64,000 bases of DNA from an uncultured Lachnospiraceae bacterium (GTDB taxonomy: Bacteria > Bacillota > Clostridia > Oscillospirales > CAG-272), in the NCBI GenBank assembly GCA_964582375.1, contig CAZORL010000004.1, forward strand, positions 18,357 to 82,356, read 5' to 3'. Within the stretch, counting starts at the first letter, position 1, and each line of letters begins with the position of its first letter. A program made the position numbers and the translations under genes. The notes under the pieces are model-generated. The model did not search any database and was not told the origin of the DNA. It saw nothing but the letters and a program-made list of their open reading frames with translations. Shown here in pieces: positions 17,489 through 27,247 of the stretch.

Positions 17489-17524
17489 CAAAAAACGGCA
17501 GACCGAATTTTTACGATCTGCCGT
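17489..17524 (-). terminator. Terminator of the HAD-luxS-mtnN unit
   Basis: Stem ACGGCAGA/TCTGCCGT, followed on the minus strand by TTTTTT. Confidence 0.7.
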
Positions 17525-17549
17525 GATTTGTTTGTATTTTACTGTTTGA

Positions 17550-18278
17550 TCAAAGCTTTATGTTGCCGTCTGTTGCGGATGACAACACGCTTAGAACGAT
17601 CGCCGCAGAACGCTCTGCCGCAAGAGTCTCAAATTCCGCATAGCTGACTCCAGCACTGTCGCCCGCAAGATCGGAAATTGCACGAATTATCGCAAATGGC
17701 AGACCGCTAAGCGTACATACCTGAGCGATGGCAGCCCCCTCCATTTCGGCAGCGGCGGCGAGATAGTCTTTTTTCAGCCCGGCACGCACAACATCGTCGC
17801 AGATGAACTGATCGCCCGATACAATGGTGCCCCTGATGAATTTGTTTTTGCCGATGTAAAGTGACGCCGCCTTTTCAATGCGCTCGCAAAGCAGCCTGTC
17901 AGCCACAAAACGCGTGGGAAGGGAATGGTCGCCCTTCGAGCCGGGAATGAACCCCTTGGCGTATCCGATATCGTGAACATCAAAATCATGCTGGATCGCA
18001 TCTGTTGCGATCACAAGATCGCAGACCGAAAGTCTGTCATCAAGTCCGCCCGCGATTCCTGTGTTGATTATCGCATCGGCATGGAACAGATCGATCATTG
18101 CCTGCGTGCATGCGGCGGCGGCAACCTTGCCGATACCGCAGACCACTATTCCGACATCCTGTCCGCACAGCTTTCCGATGTGAAATACCGATCCGCAGGC
18201 GACAACCTCGCGCTCCTTTTCCATCATTTCCACGAGGGTGTTGACCTCGACATCCATTGCTCCGATTATTCCTATCAT
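17550..18278 (-). CDS. mtnN: 5'-methylthioadenosine/S-adenosylhomocysteine nucleosidase
   Basis: MIGIIGAMDVE, GIGKVAAA, AEMEGAAIAQV. The start is taken at the ATG at 18278. Confidence 0.9.
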   Translation of the reverse strand: MIGIIGAMDVEVNTLVEMMEKEREVVACGSVFHIGKLCGQDVGIVVCGIGKVAAAACTQAMIDLFHADAIINTGIAGGLDDRLSVCDLVIATDAIQHDFDVHDIGYAKGFIPGSKGDHSLPTRFVADRLLCERIEKAASLYIGKNKFIRGTIVSGDQFICDDVVRAGLKKDYLAAAAEMEGAAIAQVCTLSGLPFAIIRAISDLAGDSAGVSYAEFETLAAERSAAIVLSVLSSATDGNIKL

Positions 18279-18370
18279 AATGTATCTCCCTTTTATAATC
18301 ACGGCTTTCGCCTTGGCGAAAGCTTCCTTTTTTGAATTGCGGCTGTTTTTACAAGGCAAAAACTTTTTTG

Positions 18371-18835
18371 TTACCTCGGATACTCAAATGTTATCCGATC
18401 GGATGAAATGACCTCAAGATATCTCTCGCATTCAAGCTTTGCCGCACTAAGCGAAAGATTTTTGTAATTTCCGCATTCCTTGCGGCTTTTTCCGAATATT
18501 TCGCCGTCATGCTCTATTGTGCGCTTTAACGCACACATTAATGCATCGAGTACCTCACGGTCATCGGCGTCCCTGACAAGCAAATAAAATCCGGTCTGAC
18601 AACCCATCGGACCGAAATAGATGATCTTTTCGCCGATCTTGCCCGAGCGCATGTATGTTGCCAGCATGTGCTCGACCGAGTGCATCGTCAGATCGTCCAT
18701 GTAATCGCCGCAGTTGGGCTTCCTTGTACGCAGATCGTAGGTCGTTATATCGCCATCGATTCGGGATATGTATATGCCCGGAACTATAAGATCGTGATCG
18801 ACCTCAAATGATGCGATCCTCTTTACTTCATTCAT
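18371..18835 (-). CDS. luxS: S-ribosylhomocysteine lyase LuxS
   Basis: HSVEHMLAT (HxxEH metal site) and GCQTGFY. It lies adjacent to mtnN. Confidence 0.92.
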   Translation of the reverse strand: MNEVKRIASFEVDHDLIVPGIYISRIDGDITTYDLRTRKPNCGDYMDDLTMHSVEHMLATYMRSGKIGEKIIYFGPMGCQTGFYLLVRDADDREVLDALMCALKRTIEHDGEIFGKSRKECGNYKNLSLSAAKLECERYLEVISSDRITFEYPR

Positions 18836-19592
18836 TGAGACAGCCCTCCTTTGTAAGCTTGTATATTATCTCTGCAACACCCGCACGCTCGGCAGCGTCG
18901 GTTTCCATGTCGCAAATGTGCTTTACACCCTCGGGTGCGTTGCCCATTGCAACCGAAATGTCGGCAACCGAGAGCATCGGCAGATCGTTTATACTGTCGC
19001 CGATCGCAACAGAGATCGCATCGCCGCCGTATATCCTTTTCACCGTTTCAACAGAACTGCCTTTGTCATGCCTTGGGATAGAGCATTCGGCGTAGGTCGG
19101 CTGTTGCAAGACGGTGTAGTAATTGGAGAAGTAGCTCATCTCGATCGGCGAGAGCTTGCCGTCAAGGGCGATCTTTTCGACACCGATAAGCTCGAATCTC
19201 TCGCGAAAAACTTCGGGATCGTCGATGATCTCGTAGTCGGTCTTTCTTTTGGGGTTTATGATCGCCATTCCGCGTACGCCCTCAAATACCGCCTGCCGTC
19301 CCGTGCCCTTTATAAATTTGGCGTTTTTGACGAGCTGATCTCCATCGATCTGATCCGAGAGAATGACATTGTCCGAAAGCTTTATATATGCCCCCGATCC
19401 TGCGGCTACGCCGTCAAATTTGATCTTCTCAAAAAGGAATTTCGGAATAAAATCAGGACTTCTGCCGGTGTTGATAAATACGGCGTGCCCGAGCGATCTT
19501 GCGTATTCTATCGCGCGAATGTTTTCTTCGGGCAGATGCCCTCTCGCAATCAGCGTTTCGTCAATGTCGAGGAAGAATAGATACTTTTTCAT
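18828..19592 (-). CDS. HAD-IIB (Cof-type) phosphatase
   Basis: The N-terminus is FLDIDETL (DxD motif) and the C-terminus has GDSINDLPML. It overlaps the luxS start by 8 nt. The start is taken at the ATG at 19592. Confidence 0.8.
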   Translation of the reverse strand: MKKYLFFLDIDETLIARGHLPEENIRAIEYARSLGHAVFINTGRSPDFIPKFLFEKIKFDGVAAGSGAYIKLSDNVILSDQIDGDQLVKNAKFIKGTGRQAVFEGVRGMAIINPKRKTDYEIIDDPEVFRERFELIGVEKIALDGKLSPIEMSYFSNYYTVLQQPTYAECSIPRHDKGSSVETVKRIYGGDAISVAIGDSINDLPMLSVADISVAMGNAPEGVKHICDMETDAAERAGVAEIIYKLTKEGCLNE

Positions 19593-19621
19593 TGTTTTGT
19601 GTAAATTTGTCCTTAAATTTC

Positions 19622-19655
19622 GGAAGGTTGGCGGGAACTTTCTCACCAACCTTCC
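19622..19655 (-). terminator. Hairpin after alaS
   Basis: 10-bp stem GGAAGGTTGG/CCAACCTTCC. The T-tract on the minus strand is weak. Confidence 0.45.
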
Positions 19656-19678
19656 TGTTTTGACCTTTATTGTTGTTA

Positions 19679-22306
19679 TCAGCCGATCATATCGGAGATG
19701 ATCTCACATGCACTTGAGATCGCCTCGTCCGTCTTTGACAGATCCTTGCCGCCCGCTGTCGCACTGTCGGGACGCCCGCCGCCGCTTCCGCCGCATATTG
19801 ATGCGACAGATTTGACTATCTTGCCCGCATTTGCTCCCTTGGCAATGGATTCCTTGCCACATCCGCAAACAAAATTCAGCTTGCCGTCAAGTACGCTTGC
19901 GATGATCGTTATCGAGTTTTCGTTCTGACTTCTCAGATCGTCACAGAGCGATCTGACTGCGGCGAGTGCAAGACCGTCAACTCTGCCCGAATAAACGGTG
20001 ACGCCGCATACATTCTTTGCCGATGCACGGATGCCGTCGAGCTTTGACGATGCCATTTTTGCCTCAAGCGACTCGATCTCGCTTTTTGCCGCTTTAAGTT
20101 CTCCTTGAAGCTGGGACGCACGCTTTGCAATGTCGTGAGTGCCGACCTTAAGCTCTTTTGCGGTCTGATCGATGAGATTGTCCTTTTCCTCTATCAGGCC
20201 GAGCACGCCGATGCCCGTCGTGCCCTCGATCCTTCTGATTCCTGCAGCCACCGAGGATTCCGAGATGATCTTGAAAAGACCTGCCTTTGCGGTGTTGTCA
20301 AGATGTGTGCCGCCGCAAAGTTCGGTCGAGAAGTTGCCCATTTTTACCATGCGCACGACTTTGCCGTATTTTTCGCCGAAAAGTGCCATCGCGCCGTTTT
20401 TCTTTGCGGTGTCAATGTCGGTCTCGATCGTCTCGATCGTCTCACCGAGGAAGATATGCGCATTTACAAGTCCTTCAACCGCAGAGAGTTCAGCCTTTGT
20501 GAGCGGAGCAAAATGAGTGAAGTCGAAACGCACGCGTGTCTCGTCAACATACGAGCCTGCCTGCTCGACATGTGTGCCGAGAACCTTGCGAAGTGCCGCC
20601 TGGAGCAGGTGACAGGTCGAGTGGTTGCGAGCGATGCTCAGTCTTCTGGATGCGTTGATCTCAAGGCGCAGATCGTCGCCCATTGCAACATCGCCGTTGA
20701 CCATTGAACACTGATGTACATACACACCGTCGATCTTCTGAGTATCGACGACATTTATCATCGTGTCGCCGTCGTAAATGACACCCGTGTCTCCGACCTG
20801 ACCGCCGCCCTCACCGTAGAACACCGTTTTGTCGGTGATAAGCGAAAACTCGCCTTCGTTGACTTCTTCGACCTTCATGTCGTCGGCAATGATGCCGATG
20901 ACCTTTGCATTGCACACCGTGTCGGTGTAGCCGACAAACTCGGTCTTCGGGAAATCGCCGAGCAGGGATTTTGATGCGTCGCTCCATCCGGATATTGACG
21001 CACGAGCACTTCTTGCACGCTCTTTTTGACGCATCATAAGCTGTTTGAAGCCTTCTTCGTCAAGCACGAGCGACTGCTCTGCCGCGATCTCTTTCGTGAG
21101 ATCGTAAGGGAAGCCGAAGGTGTCGTAAAGCTTGAACACTTCCTCTCCGGGGATCGTGTGGATGCCGCTTTCGATCGCTTTGCGGACGATGTTGGAAAGG
21201 ATCGCAATGCCTGCATCGATAGTCGAGGCAAATCTCTCCTCTTCCATCGTGATGACCTTCTTGATGTAATCGAGCTTTTCGGTAAGCTCGGGGTATTCCG
21301 AAAGATTTTCGTGCGCTACGACCTCGGCGATGTCGGCAAGGAAGAGTCCGTTAATGCCGAGCAGACGTCCGTGACGGGCGGCACGGCGGAGAAGTCTGCG
21401 GAGAACGTATCCGCGTCCCTCGTTGGAAGGAATTACGCCGTCGCAGATCATAAATGTCGATGAGCGGATGTGGTCGGTGATAACGCGAAGTGATATGTCG
21501 CTCTTTTCACCCTGTCCGTAATGAACGCTTGCCTTGTCGGATACAGCCTTCATGATGTTTCTGACGGTATCGACCTCGAAAAGATTGTTCACGCCCTGCA
21601 TGATGCACGCAAGACGCTCAAGTCCCATACCCGTGTCTATGTTCGGTTTTGCAAGACGCGTGTAGTTGCCGTTTCCGTCGTTGTCGAATTGCGTGAATAC
21701 GAGATTCCAAAATTCCATGTATCTGTCGCAGTCACAGCCGGGCTTGCAATCGGGCTTGCCGCAACCGTACTCGGGACCGCGGTCAAAATGTATCTCAGAG
21801 CAAGGGCCGCAAGGACCGGAGCCGTGCTCCCAGAAATTGTCTTCCTTGCCGAGGCGGACGATCTTTGACTCGTCAACGCCGATCTCGTTTGCCCAAATGT
21901 CATGTGCCTCGTCATCATCTTGGTATATTGTCACCCAAAGCTTGTCTATCGGCATTTCAAGGACCTTTGTTATAAATTCCCATGCCCAGTTTATTGCCTC
22001 GCGCTTGAAGTAATCGCCGAACGAGAAGTTACCGAGCATTTCGAAATATGTTCCGTGGCGCGCTGTTATACCGACACGGTCAATGTCGGGAGTGCGGATA
22101 CATTTCTGGCATGTCGTCATGCGATGACGAGGCGGCTCTGCCTCTCCGGTGAAATATTTTTTGAGCGGTGTCATGCCTGCATTGATAAGCAGTATCGATT
22201 TGTCTCCGATCGGCACGAGCGGATAGCTCTTGTGACGCAAATGTCCTTTTGATTCAAAAAAAGAAAGATATTTTTCACGAATATCGTTTACCGATGTCCA
22301 TTCCAT
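19679..22306 (-). CDS. alaS: Alanyl-tRNA synthetase
   Basis: FEMLGNFSFGDYFK, an editing domain with HSTCHLL and CGGTH, and a C-terminal DHHA1-like domain. The start is taken at the ATG at 22306 (MEWTSVNDIREKY). Confidence 0.95.
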   Translation of the reverse strand: MEWTSVNDIREKYLSFFESKGHLRHKSYPLVPIGDKSILLINAGMTPLKKYFTGEAEPPRHRMTTCQKCIRTPDIDRVGITARHGTYFEMLGNFSFGDYFKREAINWAWEFITKVLEMPIDKLWVTIYQDDDEAHDIWANEIGVDESKIVRLGKEDNFWEHGSGPCGPCSEIHFDRGPEYGCGKPDCKPGCDCDRYMEFWNLVFTQFDNDGNGNYTRLAKPNIDTGMGLERLACIMQGVNNLFEVDTVRNIMKAVSDKASVHYGQGEKSDISLRVITDHIRSSTFMICDGVIPSNEGRGYVLRRLLRRAARHGRLLGINGLFLADIAEVVAHENLSEYPELTEKLDYIKKVITMEEERFASTIDAGIAILSNIVRKAIESGIHTIPGEEVFKLYDTFGFPYDLTKEIAAEQSLVLDEEGFKQLMMRQKERARSARASISGWSDASKSLLGDFPKTEFVGYTDTVCNAKVIGIIADDMKVEEVNEGEFSLITDKTVFYGEGGGQVGDTGVIYDGDTMINVVDTQKIDGVYVHQCSMVNGDVAMGDDLRLEINASRRLSIARNHSTCHLLQAALRKVLGTHVEQAGSYVDETRVRFDFTHFAPLTKAELSAVEGLVNAHIFLGETIETIETDIDTAKKNGAMALFGEKYGKVVRMVKMGNFSTELCGGTHLDNTAKAGLFKIISESSVAAGIRRIEGTTGIGVLGLIEEKDNLIDQTAKELKVGTHDIAKRASQLQGELKAAKSEIESLEAKMASSKLDGIRASAKNVCGVTVYSGRVDGLALAAVRSLCDDLRSQNENSITIIASVLDGKLNFVCGCGKESIAKGANAGKIVKSVASICGGSGGGRPDSATAGGKDLSKTDEAISSACEIISDMIG

Positions 22307-22365
22307 GCTATATATCAAACCTCCGTGTTTGTCATTCAAATTTACAGATATATCGATCTCCTCTA

Positions 22366-22394
22366 ATTATAACTCATTTTTTGCGATATGTCAA
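22366..22394 (-). promoter_or_regulatory. alaS promoter
   Basis: On the minus strand: TTGACA (22394-22389), 17 nt, TATAAT (22371-22366). Confidence 0.6.
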
Positions 22395-22409
22395 GTGGAA
22401 AAGTCCAAC

Positions 22410-22438
22410 TTGACAAAAAAACATAAGTGTGATATAAT
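22410..22438 (+). promoter_or_regulatory. cca promoter (divergent from alaS)
   Basis: TTGACA (22410-22415), 17 nt, TATAAT (22433-22438), with TGA directly upstream (extended -10). Confidence 0.6.
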
Positions 22439-22477
22439 AAATATGTGTGAAAGATACTTGTTCGGACGGTGATTTTG

Positions 22478-23830
22478 ATGATAGCCCTGCCAAAAGACGT
22501 AAAAATGATTATAAACAGACTTTCCAAGCGCGGATACGAGGCTTATGCGGTCGGCGGATGCGTAAGGGACTCCTTGCTCGGCATTTCGCCGAAGGATTAT
22601 GATATAACCACATCTGCACGCCCCGATGAGATCATCGCCGCCTTCCCCGAGCTGTCTTACTTTGATGCGGGGATAAAGCACGGCACTGTCAGCCTGATAG
22701 TTGACGGCATCGTCTACGAGGTCACGACCTATCGCGTCGATGGAGATTATCTCGATCATCGCCACCCCGACAATGTCATTTTCGTCAGCTCGATCACCGA
22801 TGACCTTGCAAGGCGCGATCTCACGATAAACGCGATGGCGTATAATGACGAGCAGGGTCTTTGCGATCCATTCGGGGGAGCGGATGATCTGAAGGTTGGT
22901 GTTGTCCGTGCGGTCGGAGATCCGAGAAAACGCTTTGATGAAGATGCACTGCGCATTCTTCGTGCCCTGCGATTTGCATCAGTCTACGGCTTTTCGATCG
23001 ACGAGGATACTTCGACGGCAATTCACGAGCTGTCATTCCTGATAAAAGATGTCGCTTTTGAAAGGGTCAAGGCAGAGCTTGACAGGCTGCTCTGCGGCAA
23101 AAATGTCGGATATATACTGCGAGAATATCACGATGTCATCGAAAGGGTGATTCCCGAAATATCGGTGACGGTCGGCTATGATCAAGGGACAAAGTACCAC
23201 GAATTTGATCTTTGGGAGCATATCGTGCGTACCGTCGAGAATGTCCCCTCCGATCTGACACTTCGATATACGATGCTCTTTCACGATCTCGGCAAGCCGT
23301 CATCTCGCACGATCGATAGGTGCGGGCAGTGCCACTATAAAGGTCATGCGGCGACGAGCGTTCCGTTAGCGCGCGAGATAACCGCAAGACTGAAGTTTGA
23401 TAAAAAAACCGCCGACGATATTGTTTGTCTTGTCGGTGCACACATGGATGCACCGCCGACAGACCGTCCCTCGGCACGGCGAATGATAAAAAAATACGGC
23501 ATGTTGCGTACCGAAATGCTTCTCCATGTGATGCGCGCGGACAATCTGTCGAAAAAAAGTGACGGCGAAAACGACCCGCGTATTCCCGAAATAACCGCCG
23601 CACAAGTTCTTGTTCGGAACATTGCACAAGACGGCGACGCATGTATGCTCTCAGCCCTTGCCGTCGGCGGCAACGATCTGATAGCAATCGGCATAGACCG
23701 CGGACGTGCGATCGGCGAGCTGCTCGAGACTCTTCTTGACCTGGTGATCGACGGTAAACTTGAAAATCGCCGCGACGATCTGCTCGATTTTGCGAAAAAA
23801 ATCGTTAATAATGAAAAAAATTGCAAATAA
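22478..23830 (+). CDS. cca: CCA-adding tRNA nucleotidyltransferase with HD domain
   Basis: AVGGCVRDSLLG, DYDITT, RDLTINAMA, and HD motif FHDLGKP. The ATG at 22478 follows GGTGAT, and the GTG at 22469 is also possible. Confidence 0.88.
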   Translation: MIALPKDVKMIINRLSKRGYEAYAVGGCVRDSLLGISPKDYDITTSARPDEIIAAFPELSYFDAGIKHGTVSLIVDGIVYEVTTYRVDGDYLDHRHPDNVIFVSSITDDLARRDLTINAMAYNDEQGLCDPFGGADDLKVGVVRAVGDPRKRFDEDALRILRALRFASVYGFSIDEDTSTAIHELSFLIKDVAFERVKAELDRLLCGKNVGYILREYHDVIERVIPEISVTVGYDQGTKYHEFDLWEHIVRTVENVPSDLTLRYTMLFHDLGKPSSRTIDRCGQCHYKGHAATSVPLAREITARLKFDKKTADDIVCLVGAHMDAPPTDRPSARRMIKKYGMLRTEMLLHVMRADNLSKKSDGENDPRIPEITAAQVLVRNIAQDGDACMLSALAVGGNDLIAIGIDRGRAIGELLETLLDLVIDGKLENRRDDLLDFAKKIVNNEKNCK

Positions 23831-23833
23831 AGG

Positions 23834-23862
23834 TTGCAATAAACTTCACTTTGTGCTATAAT
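23834..23862 (+). promoter_or_regulatory. hisS-aspS promoter
   Basis: TTGCAA, 17 nt, TATAAT. There is no T-box between it and hisS. Confidence 0.55.
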
Positions 23863-23912
23863 AACATGATATCCTATGGATTGTAAGAAAGAACCGAAAG
23901 GTGATCATCAAA

Positions 23913-25163
23913 ATGATAAAGAAACCGCAGGGGATGCTTGATCTTTTCCCCGAAGATACCAAGAAAATACAATTTGTCGAGTCGACGGCGCGTAAGGTGG
24001 CGGCACGCTTCGGCTTTGGCGAGATACGCACACCGGTGCTTGAATCGACCGAGCTGTTCGCAAGAGGCGTCGGCGGCACGACCGATGTTGTTCAGAAAGA
24101 AATGTACACCTTCATTGACCGCGACGGACCCTCACTCTCCCTTCGTCCCGAGGGGACTGCCGGTGTCGCAAGAGCTATACTTGAAAACGGCAAATACGGC
24201 GATGCCATGCCGCTTAAGTATTATTACATCATAAATTGCTACCGCCACGAGCGTCCGCAAAAGGGAAGATACCGCGAGTTTTCGCAGTTCGGTGTCGAGA
24301 TGTTCGGTGCGGCTACCGCGACTGCGGATGCCGAGATCATTGCACTTGCCGACAGGACCATAAAAGAGCTTGGAATAGCAAATGTCAAGCTCCATATCAA
24401 TTCGATCGGCTGTCCGAATTGCCGCCCGGCGTACTACGGACGACTTTGCGAGTATTTTGCCGATAAAAAGGACGGACTTTGCGAGAGCTGTAAGAGCCGA
24501 CTTGAGACCAATCCCATGCGCATACTCGACTGCAAATCCGAGGTGTGCAAAAAGATTGCCGCCGACGCACCCCGTGCGATCGATTGCCTGTGCGATGAGT
24601 GTCGCACGCATATGGACAGCGTGAAAGCATCACTCGACACTATGGGTATCGAATACGAGATCGACACATCGATAGTTCGCGGACTCGATTACTACACGAG
24701 AACGGTGTTCGAGTTTATCTGCTCGGATGAGCGTATGGGTGCGCAATCGACAATATGCGGCGGCGGCAGATATGATCTGCTCATGGAAGAGCTTGGTGGT
24801 TCGCACCTGCCCGCATGCGGCTTCGGAATGGGAATTTCGAGACTGCTTCCGACAGTCGAGCTTCCCGATGCTCCCGAAAGGGAGGGCGTGTATGTCGCAC
24901 CGATGGGAGAGCGTGCTCTGCTTTTTGCACAAAAGCTGGTGAACGATCTTCGTGCCGACGGCATTCGCGCCGAGACGGATACGGTAGGCAGATCGGTCAA
25001 AGCGCAGATGAAATACGCCAATAAAATATCGGCGGCGTATACGCTTGTGATCGGCGATAATGAGCTTGACTCTGGTCACGCCGAGCTCAAAAACATGACC
25101 GACGGATCGTCCTCGAATGTAGAACTCGACGGCGTTTCGAGCGTTATCAAAGAAAAAATGTAA
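23913..25163 (+). CDS. hisS: Histidyl-tRNA synthetase
   Basis: PQGMLDLFPED, class II motifs (FRHERPQKGRYREF, CGGGRYD). The ATG at 23913 follows AAGGTGA. Confidence 0.95.
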   Translation: MIKKPQGMLDLFPEDTKKIQFVESTARKVAARFGFGEIRTPVLESTELFARGVGGTTDVVQKEMYTFIDRDGPSLSLRPEGTAGVARAILENGKYGDAMPLKYYYIINCYRHERPQKGRYREFSQFGVEMFGAATATADAEIIALADRTIKELGIANVKLHINSIGCPNCRPAYYGRLCEYFADKKDGLCESCKSRLETNPMRILDCKSEVCKKIAADAPRAIDCLCDECRTHMDSVKASLDTMGIEYEIDTSIVRGLDYYTRTVFEFICSDERMGAQSTICGGGRYDLLMEELGGSHLPACGFGMGISRLLPTVELPDAPEREGVYVAPMGERALLFAQKLVNDLRADGIRAETDTVGRSVKAQMKYANKISAAYTLVIGDNELDSGHAELKNMTDGSSSNVELDGVSSVIKEKM

Positions 25164-25200
25164 AATTTGCAAACGCAGTTAGAAAGTGAGACATAATAAA

Positions 25201-26988
25201 ATGGCAGAATTTTTCAGCTCCTCCGATAAGAGGACGTGCTATTGCGGCACACTGACAAAAGAAAACATAGGACAGGAAGTGACGGTCTGCGGCTGGGTAC
25301 AGCGTCAGCGCGACCTCGGATCGCTTATATTCGTCGATCTTCGCGACCGCACGGGTATCGTTCAGCTCGCATTTGACCCGGACACCGACAAGGAGCTTTT
25401 CGACAAAGCCTTTTCGGTACGCAGTGAATATGTGCTGTCGGTGAAGGGAACAGTTCGCTCGAGAGGCGAGGGTGCGATCAATAAAAACATCCCGACCGGC
25501 GAGATCGAGATCTTCGTCAGTTCGATGAAGGTACTCTCCCAAGCACAGACACCTCCGTTTGAAATATCCGACAGCGCAAAGGTCGGTGACGAGATCGCAC
25601 TCAAATATCGATATCTCGATCTTCGCCGCCCCTCGCTCCAGAAGAATATAATGCTCCGTCATAAGATCGCACAGATCGCACGCGATTATTTCTACGAAAA
25701 CGGATTTTATGAGATCGAGACCCCGATGATGATCAAGCCCACCCCCGAGGGTGCACGCGATTATCTCGTTCCGTCGCGTATACATCACGGATGCATGTAC
25801 GCACTTCCTCAGTCGCCTCAGATCTATAAACAGCTCCTTATGCTTGGCGGATTTGACAGATATGTGCAGATCGCAAGATGCTTCCGCGATGAGGATCTCC
25901 GCGCCGATCGTCAGCCCGAGTTCACACAGATCGACCTTGAAATGTCTTTTGCTACACAAGAAGACATCATGGCGATAAACGAGGGACTTATGCGCAGACT
26001 CTATAAGGAGATACTTGATATCGATCTCGAGCCAATGCCGCATATTACATATGATGAGGCAATGAACAGATACGGCTCGGATAAGCCCGATACTCGTTTT
26101 GGTATGGAGATACAGGACGTTTCCAAATTGGTTGCCGATTGCGCATTCGGTGTGTTCTCGTCCGCAGTTGCAAACGGCGGTTCTGTCCGTGCCATAGTCG
26201 TAAAGGGAGGAGCGGCAAAACTCTCGCGTAAGGAGATCGATAAGCTTACCGAGCACGCAAAGGGAATCGGCGCAAAGGGACTTGCGTTCGTTCGCTTTGT
26301 CGATGAAACACCTAATTGCTCGTTTGCGAAATTCTTTGAAAAAGATGCGCTTGACGCACTTCTTGACTCGATCGATTGCAGAAAGGGCGATGTCGCACTC
26401 TTCGTTGCGGATAAAAATCCGATCGTCCTGTCCACTCTCGGTGCTCTCCGTAATATCGTCGCAAGACAGCTCGATATGATACCTCACGGCAAATATAACT
26501 TCCTTTGGGTAACGGAATTTCCCTTCTTTGAGTGGAATGAGGAGACCGAGCATTGGGATGCCATGCATCATCCCTTTACGATGCCGCATGAGGATTGCCT
26601 GCAGTATCTCGAGAGCGATCCCGGCAAGGTATATGCGCAGTGCTATGACCTCGTGCTCAACGGAACCGAGCTTCTTTCGGGATCGATCAGGATCACCGAC
26701 TGGGAGCTTCAAGAGAAAATGTTCAAGGCACTCGGACTCACACCCGAGGAGATCGATGCAAAATTCGGCTTCCTTGTAGATGCATATAAGTACGGTGCAC
26801 CTCCGCACGGCGGATCGGGTATGGGACTTGACAGACTCGTTATGACCATGGTCGAGGCTGACTCGCTTCGTGATGTAATAGCATTCCCGAAGATCCAAAA
26901 CGCATCCGAGCCGATGTCGAAATGCCCCGCAAAAGCCGACCCTGCCGCTCTTGCCGAGCTTGGGCTTGCGATCGTCGATGAAGAATGA
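25201..26988 (+). CDS. aspS: Aspartyl-tRNA synthetase
   Basis: OB-fold N-terminus, FRDEDLRADRQPEFTQID, GGSGMGLDRLVM. The ATG at 25201 is used, and the GTG at 25186 is also possible. Confidence 0.95.
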   Translation: MAEFFSSSDKRTCYCGTLTKENIGQEVTVCGWVQRQRDLGSLIFVDLRDRTGIVQLAFDPDTDKELFDKAFSVRSEYVLSVKGTVRSRGEGAINKNIPTGEIEIFVSSMKVLSQAQTPPFEISDSAKVGDEIALKYRYLDLRRPSLQKNIMLRHKIAQIARDYFYENGFYEIETPMMIKPTPEGARDYLVPSRIHHGCMYALPQSPQIYKQLLMLGGFDRYVQIARCFRDEDLRADRQPEFTQIDLEMSFATQEDIMAINEGLMRRLYKEILDIDLEPMPHITYDEAMNRYGSDKPDTRFGMEIQDVSKLVADCAFGVFSSAVANGGSVRAIVVKGGAAKLSRKEIDKLTEHAKGIGAKGLAFVRFVDETPNCSFAKFFEKDALDALLDSIDCRKGDVALFVADKNPIVLSTLGALRNIVARQLDMIPHGKYNFLWVTEFPFFEWNEETEHWDAMHHPFTMPHEDCLQYLESDPGKVYAQCYDLVLNGTELLSGSIRITDWELQEKMFKALGLTPEEIDAKFGFLVDAYKYGAPPHGGSGMGLDRLVMTMVEADSLRDVIAFPKIQNASEPMSKCPAKADPAALAELGLAIVDEE

Positions 26989-27006
26989 TCACCATATGAT
27001 ATAATA

Positions 27007-27046
27007 CAAAAAGATCAGTTCACCGCTAAGATGAACTGATCTTTTT
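27007..27046. terminator. Bidirectional terminator between aspS (+) and the feo operon (-)
   Basis: Stem AGATCAGTTCA/TGAACTGATCT is flanked by AAAAA and TTTTT. Confidence 0.8.
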
Positions 27047-27055
27047 GTATGTGTC

Positions 27056-27235
27056 TTATTTTTTGTGGCATGCGCCCGACATTGCGCACTTTGCACAACC
27101 GCCGCAGCAGGAGCTCTTACCGATCTTTTTGTCTTTGATAAGACTTGCGATTATCAGCGTTACTATACCGATAAGCAGCACGCAAACCGCAACCGTTACG
27201 ATACTTGAAAGGTTTGATGCTATCCATTCGAGCAT
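27056..27235 (-). CDS. FeoB-associated Cys-rich small membrane protein (59 aa, below the ORF-track cutoff)
   Basis: My own translation gives MLEWIASNLSSIVTVAVCVLLIGIVTLIIASLIKDKKIGKSSCCGGCAKCAMSGACHKK, which is one TM helix plus a Cys-rich tail. The RBS TAAGGAGGA overlaps the feoB stop. Confidence 0.8.
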   Translation of the reverse strand: MLEWIASNLSSIVTVAVCVLLIGIVTLIIASLIKDKKIGKSSCCGGCAKCAMSGACHKK

Positions 27236-27247
27236 GGGATGTCCTCC

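Noticed and set aside
25147-26898. A 583-aa ORF on the minus strand covering almost all of aspS. It is tempting as an overlapping antisense gene, and recalls the Rodin-Ohno idea of aaRS genes encoded on opposite strands.
   Set aside because: Its codons are exactly in register with the aspS codons (26896 - 25186 is divisible by 3). It therefore stays open simply because aspS uses no TTA, CTA or TCA codons. The translated sequence is Cys/Arg/His-rich and low in plausibility, and it has no RBS or promoter. Several other genes here show the same register-locked shadow ORFs, so this is a codon-usage artefact.
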